A stretch of 64,000 nt of DNA from IMG/VR virus record IMGVR_UViG_3300045999_007505. One strand, given 5' to 3'. Below, piece by piece: positions 18,942 to 27,720 of this stretch. The position numbers and the translations under genes were made by a program. The notes beneath the pieces are model-generated. The model searched no databases. It was given only the letters and a program-made list of their open reading frames with translations, and was not told the DNA's origin. Position 1 is the stretch's first letter, and the number at the start of each line of letters is the position of its first letter. The DNA comes from a virus.

Positions 18942-20168
18942 TTATCCAACATAAATTTTTAATGGAACTTTTGCTAGCATCTCATGCATTTGAGTTGCTT
19001 CGGTATTTTGACGAGTCATCATGTTTTCTTTAGTTAATTTATCTAAAAACTCTCGCAATTGCGTTATAAGCGTTTCTTTTTCAGATTGACCTTGTGATGT
19101 TAAATCACCTCCATTAAGTGTTACTTCACCATTTGGAATAGGAACACTACTGTATTTACCCCGTACAAATCCTAACATTTCTTTTGATAACGCTGTGGCA
19201 TATTTAAAAATCCACGCACGCCCCATATCATTAATGTTACTGTATGTTTGATATGTATATGGTATATTTGATGCGTCACTTACAACATCGTTTAAAAGTG
19301 CTGTATTGCCGAATAATACGCTTTGATTGTCTTTATCTTCTGTAACTATAAAATCTACATATACATTTTTAAAGTATGGAGTTGCTGAGCTTGATCCGGA
19401 TGGCGCAACTGGAACTGGCCAGAACTTAATATCATCTCCGTGTAGCTCAAATGAATAGCTAGATTTTCTTACAGTATCATTAAATTCAATTGCTTGTAAT
19501 CTAAATAAATCTGCATTAATTGGCATCATCATAAATGATACAGATGGAGAAAATCCTCCAAAATCAAATGAATCTAACAATTGTTGTGAACCTAAACCAG
19601 TTCCAACAAACGGGTCAAAGTATCTTACAATGGCAGGTGGTGGATTATGAAGTACTCGTTTTACTTCAATTGACCCCGATGATAATACTAATCCTAAAGA
19701 TTTTGATATTGCAGTTATTAAATTATATGTTTGTTGTCCTGGCTCAACATCAATTCTTGCAGTTTTCCAAGATAATGTTCCTCCAGAATCTGCTTCAGTA
19801 CCATATGCTTTTGAAAGCTTAGTTATATACCCAAATGAATTTCCAACCAATGCGCCGGTAAAACTTTCATCTGTTAAAAATGCAGATTCTGTTTTTATAC
19901 CTAAAGTGTTAACTAAATTATTAACAATATTAACTTGATTAACTTGATTTGAATATTCAACAATTGCTGCTTCAAATGCCGTATAAAAATTAATATCTTG
20001 CAATTCCACATCCATGATTGGATATCCCAATGTTTGGGCAGCTAATCTTGCAAATTTGTCAGCATGTTGTTGAAACACAGCATCATTATCAAAAAATCCA
20101 AAAGGAGTATCACCGGGCTGAAATGAACTAGACCCGGGCCATATTGGTTTTTGAACGCTGTAATCCAT
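18942..20168 (-). CDS. Neck / head-tail adaptor (gp13-like)
   Basis: LGYPIMDVEL...WIFKYATALSKEMLGFVRGKY...PNGEVTLNG. Confidence 0.8.
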   Translation of the reverse strand: MDYSVQKPIWPGSSSFQPGDTPFGFFDNDAVFQQHADKFARLAAQTLGYPIMDVELQDINFYTAFEAAIVEYSNQVNQVNIVNNLVNTLGIKTESAFLTDESFTGALVGNSFGYITKLSKAYGTEADSGGTLSWKTARIDVEPGQQTYNLITAISKSLGLVLSSGSIEVKRVLHNPPPAIVRYFDPFVGTGLGSQQLLDSFDFGGFSPSVSFMMMPINADLFRLQAIEFNDTVRKSSYSFELHGDDIKFWPVPVAPSGSSSATPYFKNVYVDFIVTEDKDNQSVLFGNTALLNDVVSDASNIPYTYQTYSNINDMGRAWIFKYATALSKEMLGFVRGKYSSVPIPNGEVTLNGGDLTSQGQSEKETLITQLREFLDKLTKENMMTRQNTEATQMHEMLAKVPLKIYVG

Positions 20169-20191
20169 TATGCTCCTTTTTTATATAAATA

Positions 20192-20857
20192 TCAATACGT
20201 TTCATTTAGAAGTTTTAAAATTTCATTTAATGATTCATGACGATGATTATCCAATAAAATAATTTCATTAACATATTGTGATTTCGTTAATTTAGGTACT
20301 TCATGCACTGCCGAATCATTTGCAAACTTTAAATCTATTTGATATCTATCACCTGTGAGTATCATAATACTATCTTTACCTAATCTAGAAACAACCATTT
20401 GTAGTTGTTGTTTAGTTAAGTTTTGAAATTCGTCTACAATACAAACTGCATGATCGAATGTACGTCCTCGGAAGTGTGCTAATGAAACTAATTCAATATT
20501 TTCTTCCTTTTCCATTTTGTCTAATATTTCCGGTTTATTATAAACCTTACGCATATTGCTACGTAATGGAACTAACCATGGATCCATTTTTTCTGCTAAA
20601 GACCCAGGAAGAAATCCATTATCTTCGTTTGACACTGTAGGACGTGTTATGATAATTTTATTAATTTGTCGTTTAAAAAACATATCCAATGCAACTTGAA
20701 CTGCTAACAATGTTTTACCAGATCCGGCTTTGCCTAATATAAAATTAAATGGGGTTTCTATAATTTTTGCTTTTGCTTGTTTTTGCTCTTCTGATAATGT
20801 TATTGAAAATTTAATATCAGTTTTAGGTGGAGTTTTTTCCCGATTTTGAGTAGCCAT
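20192..20857 (-). CDS. phoH: PhoH-family ATPase
   Basis: GKAGSGKT, ITRP, GFLPG, RGRTF, DEFQN, SRLG, GDRYQID, NHRH. Confidence 0.95.
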   Translation of the reverse strand: MATQNREKTPPKTDIKFSITLSEEQKQAKAKIIETPFNFILGKAGSGKTLLAVQVALDMFFKRQINKIIITRPTVSNEDNGFLPGSLAEKMDPWLVPLRSNMRKVYNKPEILDKMEKEENIELVSLAHFRGRTFDHAVCIVDEFQNLTKQQLQMVVSRLGKDSIMILTGDRYQIDLKFANDSAVHEVPKLTKSQYVNEIILLDNHRHESLNEILKLLNETY

Positions 20858-20872
20858 AACTAACCTTTTTAA

Positions 20873-21148
20873 TTAAAATAATTTTGTAAGCGTTGATTGT
20901 TGCAATGTCATATCTTTCAATGTTTCAATTTTACCTAAACACATTTTTCGTATAGCAAAAAATGTTTCTTTCGGCGGATATGGAGTCATAACTTTTATTT
21001 TAATTAATTCTTTATCTGGCCCTAAGTCTCGTTCTATATGTACCATTAAAACTAATCGTATAGCTCGAATCCGATCTAATACATCAATAAGACGACCTGC
21101 ATATCGTATTTCTGCAAACATTTCGTATTTGTGTCTTTCTACTGCCAT
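20873..21148 (-). CDS. Hypothetical protein
   Basis: 91-aa ORF with the ATATTTAT motif upstream. Confidence 0.7.
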   Translation of the reverse strand: MAVERHKYEMFAEIRYAGRLIDVLDRIRAIRLVLMVHIERDLGPDKELIKIKVMTPYPPKETFFAIRKMCLGKIETLKDMTLQQSTLTKLF

Positions 21149-21179
21149 ATTATCATTTTAATATAAATATACAACCAGT

Positions 21180-21206
21180 AAAAAAGGGTGACCGAAGCCA
21201 CCCTTT
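21180..21206 (-). terminator. Intrinsic terminator after the major capsid gene, cUUCGg tetraloop
   Basis: AAAGGGTGGC-TTCG-GTCACCCTTT-TTT followed by ACTG. Confidence 0.9.
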
Positions 21207-21257
21207 CCTTTTTAATTAGTTAATTCGTTAAATATAAAAGCTAATCGAAGTTAACTA

Positions 21258-22928
21258 TTAAAGTGTGTTAAGACCGTGAACGTATACTTTTCCGTAGAAT
21301 TCAGGACGAACTACTTTCTTCGCGTAACGTGTCATAACACCTTTACGTGGAGTGAAGTTTACTGGATCATATACAAGCGGAGTCATAATCAACGGAATAT
21401 ATGGACTAAATACAGCACCTGTTTCAAGGAACTGCGAACCACGGAATCCCATAAGGATTACATTCTCTAACATGTATGGGTTTTTGTATACTGTATAACG
21501 GTTATTGATGCTACCAATTTTTTGAACACCAGCAGCAAATTCCATTTTGTTACCATCTGTCTCGGCAGCAAATCCTGGGATAGACTCAAGGATAGTTGCA
21601 ACTGCAGGAGATGTTACTAAGAAGTTAGCACCGCCACGTAATGTTTTTTGGTGAATCTTATTAGATACTTTTTGAAGTTTAGTACCTAAAGTTTGGAACC
21701 AACCACCTTGGGTGTTGTAATATCCATCACCAACCGCAGTAGCTGCACCAGCACCAGATTGAGTAAATCCTGTACCGTTCCAGAAGTTGTTATTTAATGC
21801 TGACCAATACTCAGTTGTTGGAGCTGCTGAAATCAACATATCAAGGATTTCAAGATCGATTTCCATTGATACATACTCAGACAACATTGAAGTTAATTCA
21901 GCTTCAGCATCAATTGAGTGATAAGCATTTAAATCTTGAGCAAATTCAGGAGTCCAAACTGCTTTCAATTTACGTGTTTTAGCAACGATTGGCTCAGATT
22001 GCATTTCAAGGTTGATTTCTGGGATATCAATATCCGTACCATTATCGATACCTGTATTAGCAGAAGATCCTTTAAATGGATTTTTATCTTCAAAATCACC
22101 ACGCGTAATATCGGTAGGTTGCTTGCTATAGTTCAAGCTAAAGTTAGATGCACTAATTGCAGTTTGAATTGCAGTAGCTTGAGCGGTTGTTACAACAAAT
22201 GATGCAGTGTAATTGCTAGCAATTGTTGAAAATGCTTGAACTGGAACAATTTCAGTACCAGCTGAACCAGAAGCAAATGTCCATGAACGTACTGCATATA
22301 AATCAGCATCAGTTGGAACATTAACGGTAACTACTTTATAGCTAGCTAACGCAGTAGTAAAATTACCATCATAATTTACAGATCCAGAACCAGGAGCAGA
22401 ACCAGTTGCTGCATTAGCACTTGATGCTACCGTAGTATAAGGAATTGAATATCCAAAACGACCTGCACCATAAAGACCGCCAGCTGCATCACTACCAGTT
22501 GTAGTAACACCGAACATTGAGTCTAATGCGTTAGGATTTCCAAATGGATCTCCGGTACGGTTTGAATTATCATCATCAAATCCAGGTACAGATGTACCAT
22601 ATTTGAAGTCAAGATAGAAAATAAGACCTGATGGCAAATTCATTGGTTGAACTGAAACGAATTCTTTAGCTGCAAATTCAGCAAAAATACGACGTACCAA
22701 TGGAAGTGCTACACCTGCCCACTCTTCTGAACCAGCTTGTGTACCTGTTCCAGATGATTCTTTTACTAATTGACGTGCTTGGTTTTCAAGCAATTGTGCC
22801 ATTCCGGCTCTTTCGGTCTCACCACGAAGACCTTCTAATAAACCTGTTCTTTCCCACTTTGCAGATAAAGCTTTTGCATTGTTTCTTTGAACAAAGTCGT
22901 TTGTTTGAAGTAAGTTTGAAATACTCAT
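21258..22928 (-). CDS. gp23: Major capsid protein (T4 gp23-like)
   Basis: LPLVRR...VSVQPMNLPSGLIFYLDF; AKTRKLKAVWTPEFAQDLNAYHSIDAEAEL; PYIPL...FTPRKGVMTRYA. Confidence 0.97.
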   Translation of the reverse strand: MSISNLLQTNDFVQRNNAKALSAKWERTGLLEGLRGETERAGMAQLLENQARQLVKESSGTGTQAGSEEWAGVALPLVRRIFAEFAAKEFVSVQPMNLPSGLIFYLDFKYGTSVPGFDDDNSNRTGDPFGNPNALDSMFGVTTTGSDAAGGLYGAGRFGYSIPYTTVASSANAATGSAPGSGSVNYDGNFTTALASYKVVTVNVPTDADLYAVRSWTFASGSAGTEIVPVQAFSTIASNYTASFVVTTAQATAIQTAISASNFSLNYSKQPTDITRGDFEDKNPFKGSSANTGIDNGTDIDIPEINLEMQSEPIVAKTRKLKAVWTPEFAQDLNAYHSIDAEAELTSMLSEYVSMEIDLEILDMLISAAPTTEYWSALNNNFWNGTGFTQSGAGAATAVGDGYYNTQGGWFQTLGTKLQKVSNKIHQKTLRGGANFLVTSPAVATILESIPGFAAETDGNKMEFAAGVQKIGSINNRYTVYKNPYMLENVILMGFRGSQFLETGAVFSPYIPLIMTPLVYDPVNFTPRKGVMTRYAKKVVRPEFYGKVYVHGLNTL

Positions 22929-22959
22929 TTGTTTTCCTTTGTTTTTGTTTTTTTTTGTT

Positions 22960-24090
22960 TTACAATAATCCTGCTAATTTTTTCCATCTGTTAGCTAATT
23001 CAAAGCCTTCAGATAAAACATTTTGCGTTTCCACACTTGGTGCGGTAGTTGTTATTGGTCGAGAAGCATAAGATTCTTTAACCACTCGTTTTTTGGTAGG
23101 ACGTTTGAAACTTTCAGCCAATGTAGCAAAAACTAATTTTGCTTCACGTGTATTTGCTGCCCTATCAAAATTTTCAATAACTTTCATTTTTTGCGGTTCT
23201 GATAACTCAAAATTACGGAACAATTTGTTTGTGTAAAGAAGTTTTGCATTAAGTAAATTTACTTCATTGATAACTGATTGAAGATGTTTAACTGTGCGAT
23301 ATGCTTCTTTAAGTGCGCCTTCTTTAGCTGTCAATTCATCTTCCATTGCTTCCAATACTTCATCTTTGTCTTCTTCAGACATAGTGTTTGGATTCAGTTT
23401 CTCATCTTCTTCTTCACGCAAAATTGCTTCAATAATTTCTTCTAATGCTGCATCAGACATTTCGTCGCCTTCGGTTGCCATTTCTTCTGAATCGCCCATC
23501 ATGTCATCTTCGGTCAATTTTCTTGAACCTTTGCCAATTTTGGAAGAAGTTAATTTTTTATACCCTTCCATTGTTGGCATTCCCATGTCATCATCTTCGT
23601 CTTCATCATAGCCTTCCATCGCCATTTCGTCTGATTCTAGATCGCCTTCTAACTCACGTAAGATTGATTCAATATTTAAATCATCTCCTTCGTTGTATTC
23701 AGCAGTCATTTCTTCATCAGATACTGGTTGTTCTTCAGCTGGCATTTCTTCTCCACCCATTTCATCACCTGCCATTCCTACTTGAAAAGAATAATCATTA
23801 CCACCAACTGATGCTGACAATGTATCATCTGTCCAAGTAAAATCATCATCGCCGGCTACTTCTGCACCTGCTTCAACACCCATTGCGTCTGTTTCTGGAC
23901 CAGCTACAGCACCTGCGTCTGTTGCTATTTCTTCTTCGCCATCAATTTCGTTTTGCAATTCTTTTGCTAACATTGCTTCTACTCTTGGACGAAATGCTTC
24001 CTGTAAAGCAATTTTTGCGTTTGCTAAAGCAGTTTCTTTAACAGCTTTTGCATCAGCGATTGCCTCTTTTAGCAAATCTGATTTTGCCAT
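22960..24090 (-). CDS. Prohead scaffold/core protein (gp22-like)
   Basis: Highly acidic, many (L/I)xE sites, C-terminal RWKKLAGL; directly upstream of the capsid gene. Confidence 0.8.
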   Translation of the reverse strand: MAKSDLLKEAIADAKAVKETALANAKIALQEAFRPRVEAMLAKELQNEIDGEEEIATDAGAVAGPETDAMGVEAGAEVAGDDDFTWTDDTLSASVGGNDYSFQVGMAGDEMGGEEMPAEEQPVSDEEMTAEYNEGDDLNIESILRELEGDLESDEMAMEGYDEDEDDDMGMPTMEGYKKLTSSKIGKGSRKLTEDDMMGDSEEMATEGDEMSDAALEEIIEAILREEEDEKLNPNTMSEEDKDEVLEAMEDELTAKEGALKEAYRTVKHLQSVINEVNLLNAKLLYTNKLFRNFELSEPQKMKVIENFDRAANTREAKLVFATLAESFKRPTKKRVVKESYASRPITTTAPSVETQNVLSEGFELANRWKKLAGLL

Positions 24091-24229
24091 GTTTTTCTCC
24101 TTAAATTTGTTTTTTTTTTTGGAAATAAGATTATTTGAAATCTTAATAGAATATTTTATTTAATATAAACGCTATATAGAACGGATAGCGTATTCATACA
24201 ATAAATATAAGCACGTTTGAAAAAACAGT

Positions 24230-24260
24230 AAAAAAGTCCCAACTTTTATGTTAGGACTTT
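24230..24260 (-). terminator. Intrinsic terminator after bS21
   Basis: AAAGTCCTAAC-ATAAAA-GTTGGGACTTT-TTT followed by ACTG. Confidence 0.8.
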
Positions 24261-24277
24261 AAATTTTCTTAAATTAA

Positions 24278-24517
24278 TTAAAATTTGTTTTGCAAGTCTT
24301 GCATTTTTTGACTATACTTAGCCTTTGATATCATGTCTCTACGTTTAACACTAGGTTTAGTAAAAGTACGATTATCTTTAACATATTCTAATACGCCAGC
24401 ATCTTTTACTTTACGTTTCCATGTTCTTAATGCAAAACTTAAATCTCGATTTACTACATTTATTGCAGTTGCATTGCCTGGTACAATGCTTTGGTGTTGT
24501 TTTTGTTTTTTGTTCAT
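24278..24517 (-). CDS. rpsU: Phage-encoded 30S ribosomal protein bS21
   Basis: V.NRDLSFALRTWKRKVKDAGVL..VKDNRTFTKPSVKRR...KAKYSQ matches the bS21 pattern (ALRxFKRK...G...FxKPSxxR). Confidence 0.88.
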   Translation of the reverse strand: MNKKQKQHQSIVPGNATAINVVNRDLSFALRTWKRKVKDAGVLEYVKDNRTFTKPSVKRRDMISKAKYSQKMQDLQNKF

Positions 24518-24526
24518 ATATAACTA

Positions 24527-25111
24527 TTAAATTTTTCTTTGTGGTTGTTTTGAAGCTTGTTGTTTAACATTAAATCTAAAATGTTTTAATTCTGGTTTTT
24601 GTGCTAAATATCCTTGAAGCTTCTGCGATTCTAATGCTGGATCTTGTCCTAATCGAAAATAAAAATATCCTATTTTGCCTGATGCAGAAATTGATTTTTT
24701 AATTACGGTAAATCCTTTACGTTCAGCCCATTCTTGAATTTCTTGTGCGGTTTGTTGTGCGGTTGCTGGATCTCGAAGTACATATTCAATGCCGCCGCGA
24801 TAATCTGTTAAATTGTTAACTAATTGTGCTTCATCTATATCTATTTCTTGAATAGCTTTTTTACGTGCCATTCTTCGATTTTTTAAATATCGATCTGATT
24901 TGGTATTTTGTTTTCCATTATTATCAATATCTGCATCTTCATGTCCAACTGCATCTAAATCTTCAGTGGTCATACCAGGTTTAACTAGTTTAACATTCAT
25001 ACCCTTTTTTGCCATGGTTTCGGCTTGAGCAGGATCATCAGTTTCGATTTTACCAGTTGCTTCAGTTAACCCAAAAAAATCGCGATACAATTTTTTAAAT
25101 TTATTCATCAT
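24527..25111 (-). CDS. Putative internal head protein with DxDNxG motif
   Basis: LDAVGHEDADIDNNGKQNTKSDRYLKNRR resembles motifs in T4-like prohead-core-region proteins; LTE/IQE sites. Confidence 0.55.
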   Translation of the reverse strand: MMNKFKKLYRDFFGLTEATGKIETDDPAQAETMAKKGMNVKLVKPGMTTEDLDAVGHEDADIDNNGKQNTKSDRYLKNRRMARKKAIQEIDIDEAQLVNNLTDYRGGIEYVLRDPATAQQTAQEIQEWAERKGFTVIKKSISASGKIGYFYFRLGQDPALESQKLQGYLAQKPELKHFRFNVKQQASKQPQRKI

Positions 25112-25119
25112 GCACCTAT

Positions 25120-25148
25120 ATTATATTAAATTTTTTTATACTATCCAA
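25120..25148 (-). promoter_or_regulatory. Sigma70-like promoter TTGGAT-N17-TATAAT
   Basis: Exact 17-nt spacer; drives 24527-25111 and bS21 up to the terminator at 24230. Confidence 0.7.
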
Positions 25149-25149
25149 A

Positions 25150-25527
25150 TTATCCAACTTTAAAATAACGATTTAAACCTTGACCAATATTTTCATATGC
25201 CATGCTTAAACGTTCTTGCAAACGAGCCATTTCTTTTGCAGTGTCTTCAAACATTCTATAATCTTCTTCAAGTCGTTTAAAGTTTTTCTTGTGTGCAATT
25301 TCATTAAACCAATCAGCATCTTCCGTAACTATGCGTTGTGCTTTTTCTACAATGTCTCTTACTCGATCAGACAATTCATGTAAATCTGCCTTTCCGTATA
25401 CAGATTCTCCCATTGCTGTAAAATTTGCTACCGCTTCTGTAAATGCTTGTTTTTCTTCTTTTGATAACGGTTGTTGATGATCGCCATTAATGGTTTCAAT
25501 CAAATATTTAAGTGTGAATTGTTTCAT
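25150..25527 (-). CDS. Hypothetical helical head-region protein
   Basis: 125 aa, N-terminal LKYLIE, TAATG-coupled to the protease gene. Confidence 0.7.
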   Translation of the reverse strand: MKQFTLKYLIETINGDHQQPLSKEEKQAFTEAVANFTAMGESVYGKADLHELSDRVRDIVEKAQRIVTEDADWFNEIAHKKNFKRLEEDYRMFEDTAKEMARLQERLSMAYENIGQGLNRYFKVG

Positions 25528-26159
25528 TATATTATCCTACATTTACCATCTTCACATAAAATTGAAGTAATGATTTCGTTTGTTTTTACGTATTTATTTG
25601 TTGTTATATTTTTATTTATAGATTCATTCATGTGCGTAGGACGCATAAAAGCCCCATGGGTTGAAGGATTAGATACGAAGTCCCAACATATCAATTCAAA
25701 ATCTTCTTGAACTTCTACAGTGCCTTCATTTCGTAATTCTTTTACTGAACCCAATCCGCGCGATGATATTCCTAATGTAATTCCTGCTCTAAATAATTCT
25801 TTAAGAATTTTACCAGACGGAGTATCTAATATTTGTACTGCTCCGTGTAAATCATCGCCTTTCCACCAAATTTTTAAAACATTGTGTGAAACATTGTTTA
25901 AGTTTACAACCGAAGATTCTGGATGATCTAATTCTCCTAATGCTCTATGTTGATTAATATATTCAGCTTGATACCGTTGACATTCTCTTTCTAGAATATG
26001 TTTTGGATATACTCGACCATTTTGATTTTTAGAACCAGCTCGTTGCAAAACACCTTGTACAACAAATCCTCCTGGTATTCCGTATGATGCACCATTTGAT
26101 TCAGTTAATGAACCAACAGGCTTAAATGGAATATATTCTACTATTAGTTGTTTTGACAT
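25527..26159 (-). CDS. gp21: Prohead protease (T4 gp21-like)
   Basis: NQNGRVYP, ALGELDHP, VSH, TPSGKIL, GISSRGLGS, DFVSNPST. Confidence 0.95.
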   Translation of the reverse strand: MSKQLIVEYIPFKPVGSLTESNGASYGIPGGFVVQGVLQRAGSKNQNGRVYPKHILERECQRYQAEYINQHRALGELDHPESSVVNLNNVSHNVLKIWWKGDDLHGAVQILDTPSGKILKELFRAGITLGISSRGLGSVKELRNEGTVEVQEDFELICWDFVSNPSTHGAFMRPTHMNESINKNITTNKYVKTNEIITSILCEDGKCRII

Positions 26160-26160
26160 T

Positions 26161-26826
26161 TTATTCTCCTAATGCTCTCACGCGCTCTGATATTTTAATT
26201 AATCTTTCTGAAATTTTTAATAATGCTGATTCTACTGCAGAACCGTATCCGTTACGAGCAACTCCGGATTCTGTTTTTAAACGAGAGGCATAATTTACAG
26301 TGCGCTCAATTTCTTGTAATTGTCGTGCTACTTCTTTTATTGTATGTTTTATTTTTTGTTCAGGTGTTGACTTTGCATCTCCTGTTGAATATGCTCGATA
26401 TGATTCAATAAGTTGTTCATACTTAGTATCCATCATTTCGAAAACAGATGTTTTATTATTAGATGTGCGACTTGGTTTATTTGGCATATGTTTTGATGGG
26501 TATTCATATGATTTATTATGCCAATCTTTATCATCATCACTAAATGGAAATTTATCATTCATTACTTCTTCTTCTGATTCTGGATGTTGATATGTATCAT
26601 CTTTCCAACGAAACGAAGGCGGAGTATTTACAGATTCGTATGTTTTATCTTTATTTTTCCAATTTCCTGGTTTAGCAAATGCAGCGGGTATATTATATCC
26701 AGCTACACCGCCGGTTGCAGATATTTCATCTAATTCTTCTTCATTAGTGACATCTTGCGCATCCAAATCAATTGAATCATCTAATTCAATAAATTTTGAT
26801 TCAATTTCTTTTAAAAATGATTTCAT
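26161..26826 (-). CDS. Putative prohead core protein
   Basis: MKSFLKE N-terminus, LDEISATGGVAGYNIPAAF, coiled-coil C-terminus; between portal and protease. Confidence 0.55.
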   Translation of the reverse strand: MKSFLKEIESKFIELDDSIDLDAQDVTNEEELDEISATGGVAGYNIPAAFAKPGNWKNKDKTYESVNTPPSFRWKDDTYQHPESEEEVMNDKFPFSDDDKDWHNKSYEYPSKHMPNKPSRTSNNKTSVFEMMDTKYEQLIESYRAYSTGDAKSTPEQKIKHTIKEVARQLQEIERTVNYASRLKTESGVARNGYGSAVESALLKISERLIKISERVRALGE

Positions 26827-27677
26827 TAATGAACTCCTTTTAATTCTTTAATCAAATCAAAATATCGCAATAAAGAAAGTACGTGTGATTCTTTAATTGA
26901 TTTCATATTTTCTACAGTGCATAACATTTCAGAAAGTTTTTTAACTTTAATTTTTGTAGCTTTGTCTGTAATCAATTTTGATTGTTCAGCCAATTGTTTT
27001 TTAATTGCCGGAATAATTTTTTCTATATATTCTCGCAACGCAACCGTATCATTTACATTGGTAATATACTTATTTAAAAGTTGTTTTTGCGATTCATCTA
27101 GTATAGAATATTTTTCATTAAACTTATCAACAAGCAATTTATATGTTATTAATCGTACATCTTTTGGTTGTGATTCAAACTGTTCAATAATTGGATCTTT
27201 ATATTCTTTTTTTCGTTCTGCAATTAAAGTATTACGTATAATAGCAGTTTTGCATTCCATAATTTGTTTTGGGTTATCAGTTTCATCATATTCAAACAAC
27301 ATGGAAACTGATGCTAATGTTTTATAATTAGAAATATGAATTTTTGCCATATTTTCAAAAACAAATTTTTCTGAAATTTCTTTTACTAAATTATATTTTT
27401 GTCGTTTTAATATGCTCTGGTTTAGTTTACTATGAGTATTTTTTATACTACGTATATAATCTAATGCTTGTGCTTCACTTTTAAACTGATGTTCTTTTAA
27501 TAATGCATTATACAATTGTAATTCTTTTGATAATTCTGTATTTTTACCAAAGTATTTTTTGATAATATCAACAGTTATTGTTTTATCAGAAGACAATGTT
27601 TCAGAAGTCAATTTTCGAACCAAAATCTCAAAAAGAAGACCGGTATTTTTATATTTCGAATGTTTGAGCTTTTTCAT
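26826..27677 (-). CDS. Hypothetical head-assembly-region protein
   Basis: 283 aa, MKKLKHSKYKNTGLLFEIL; helical; follows the portal gene. Confidence 0.7.
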   Translation of the reverse strand: MKKLKHSKYKNTGLLFEILVRKLTSETLSSDKTITVDIIKKYFGKNTELSKELQLYNALLKEHQFKSEAQALDYIRSIKNTHSKLNQSILKRQKYNLVKEISEKFVFENMAKIHISNYKTLASVSMLFEYDETDNPKQIMECKTAIIRNTLIAERKKEYKDPIIEQFESQPKDVRLITYKLLVDKFNEKYSILDESQKQLLNKYITNVNDTVALREYIEKIIPAIKKQLAEQSKLITDKATKIKVKKLSEMLCTVENMKSIKESHVLSLLRYFDLIKELKGVH

Positions 27678-27720
27678 TAGTCCTTTTCAGTATTCGTTTT
27701 TTTAATAAATATGTTTAGTT

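Noticed and set aside
22929-22960. T-rich run between scaffold and capsid read as a terminator
   Set aside because: It is an A-rich translation-initiation region on the coding strand, with no hairpin.
24278-24330. Idea that phage bS21 lacks the anti-SD-sequestering C-terminal Tyr
   Set aside because: KAKYSQ retains the Tyr-containing motif.
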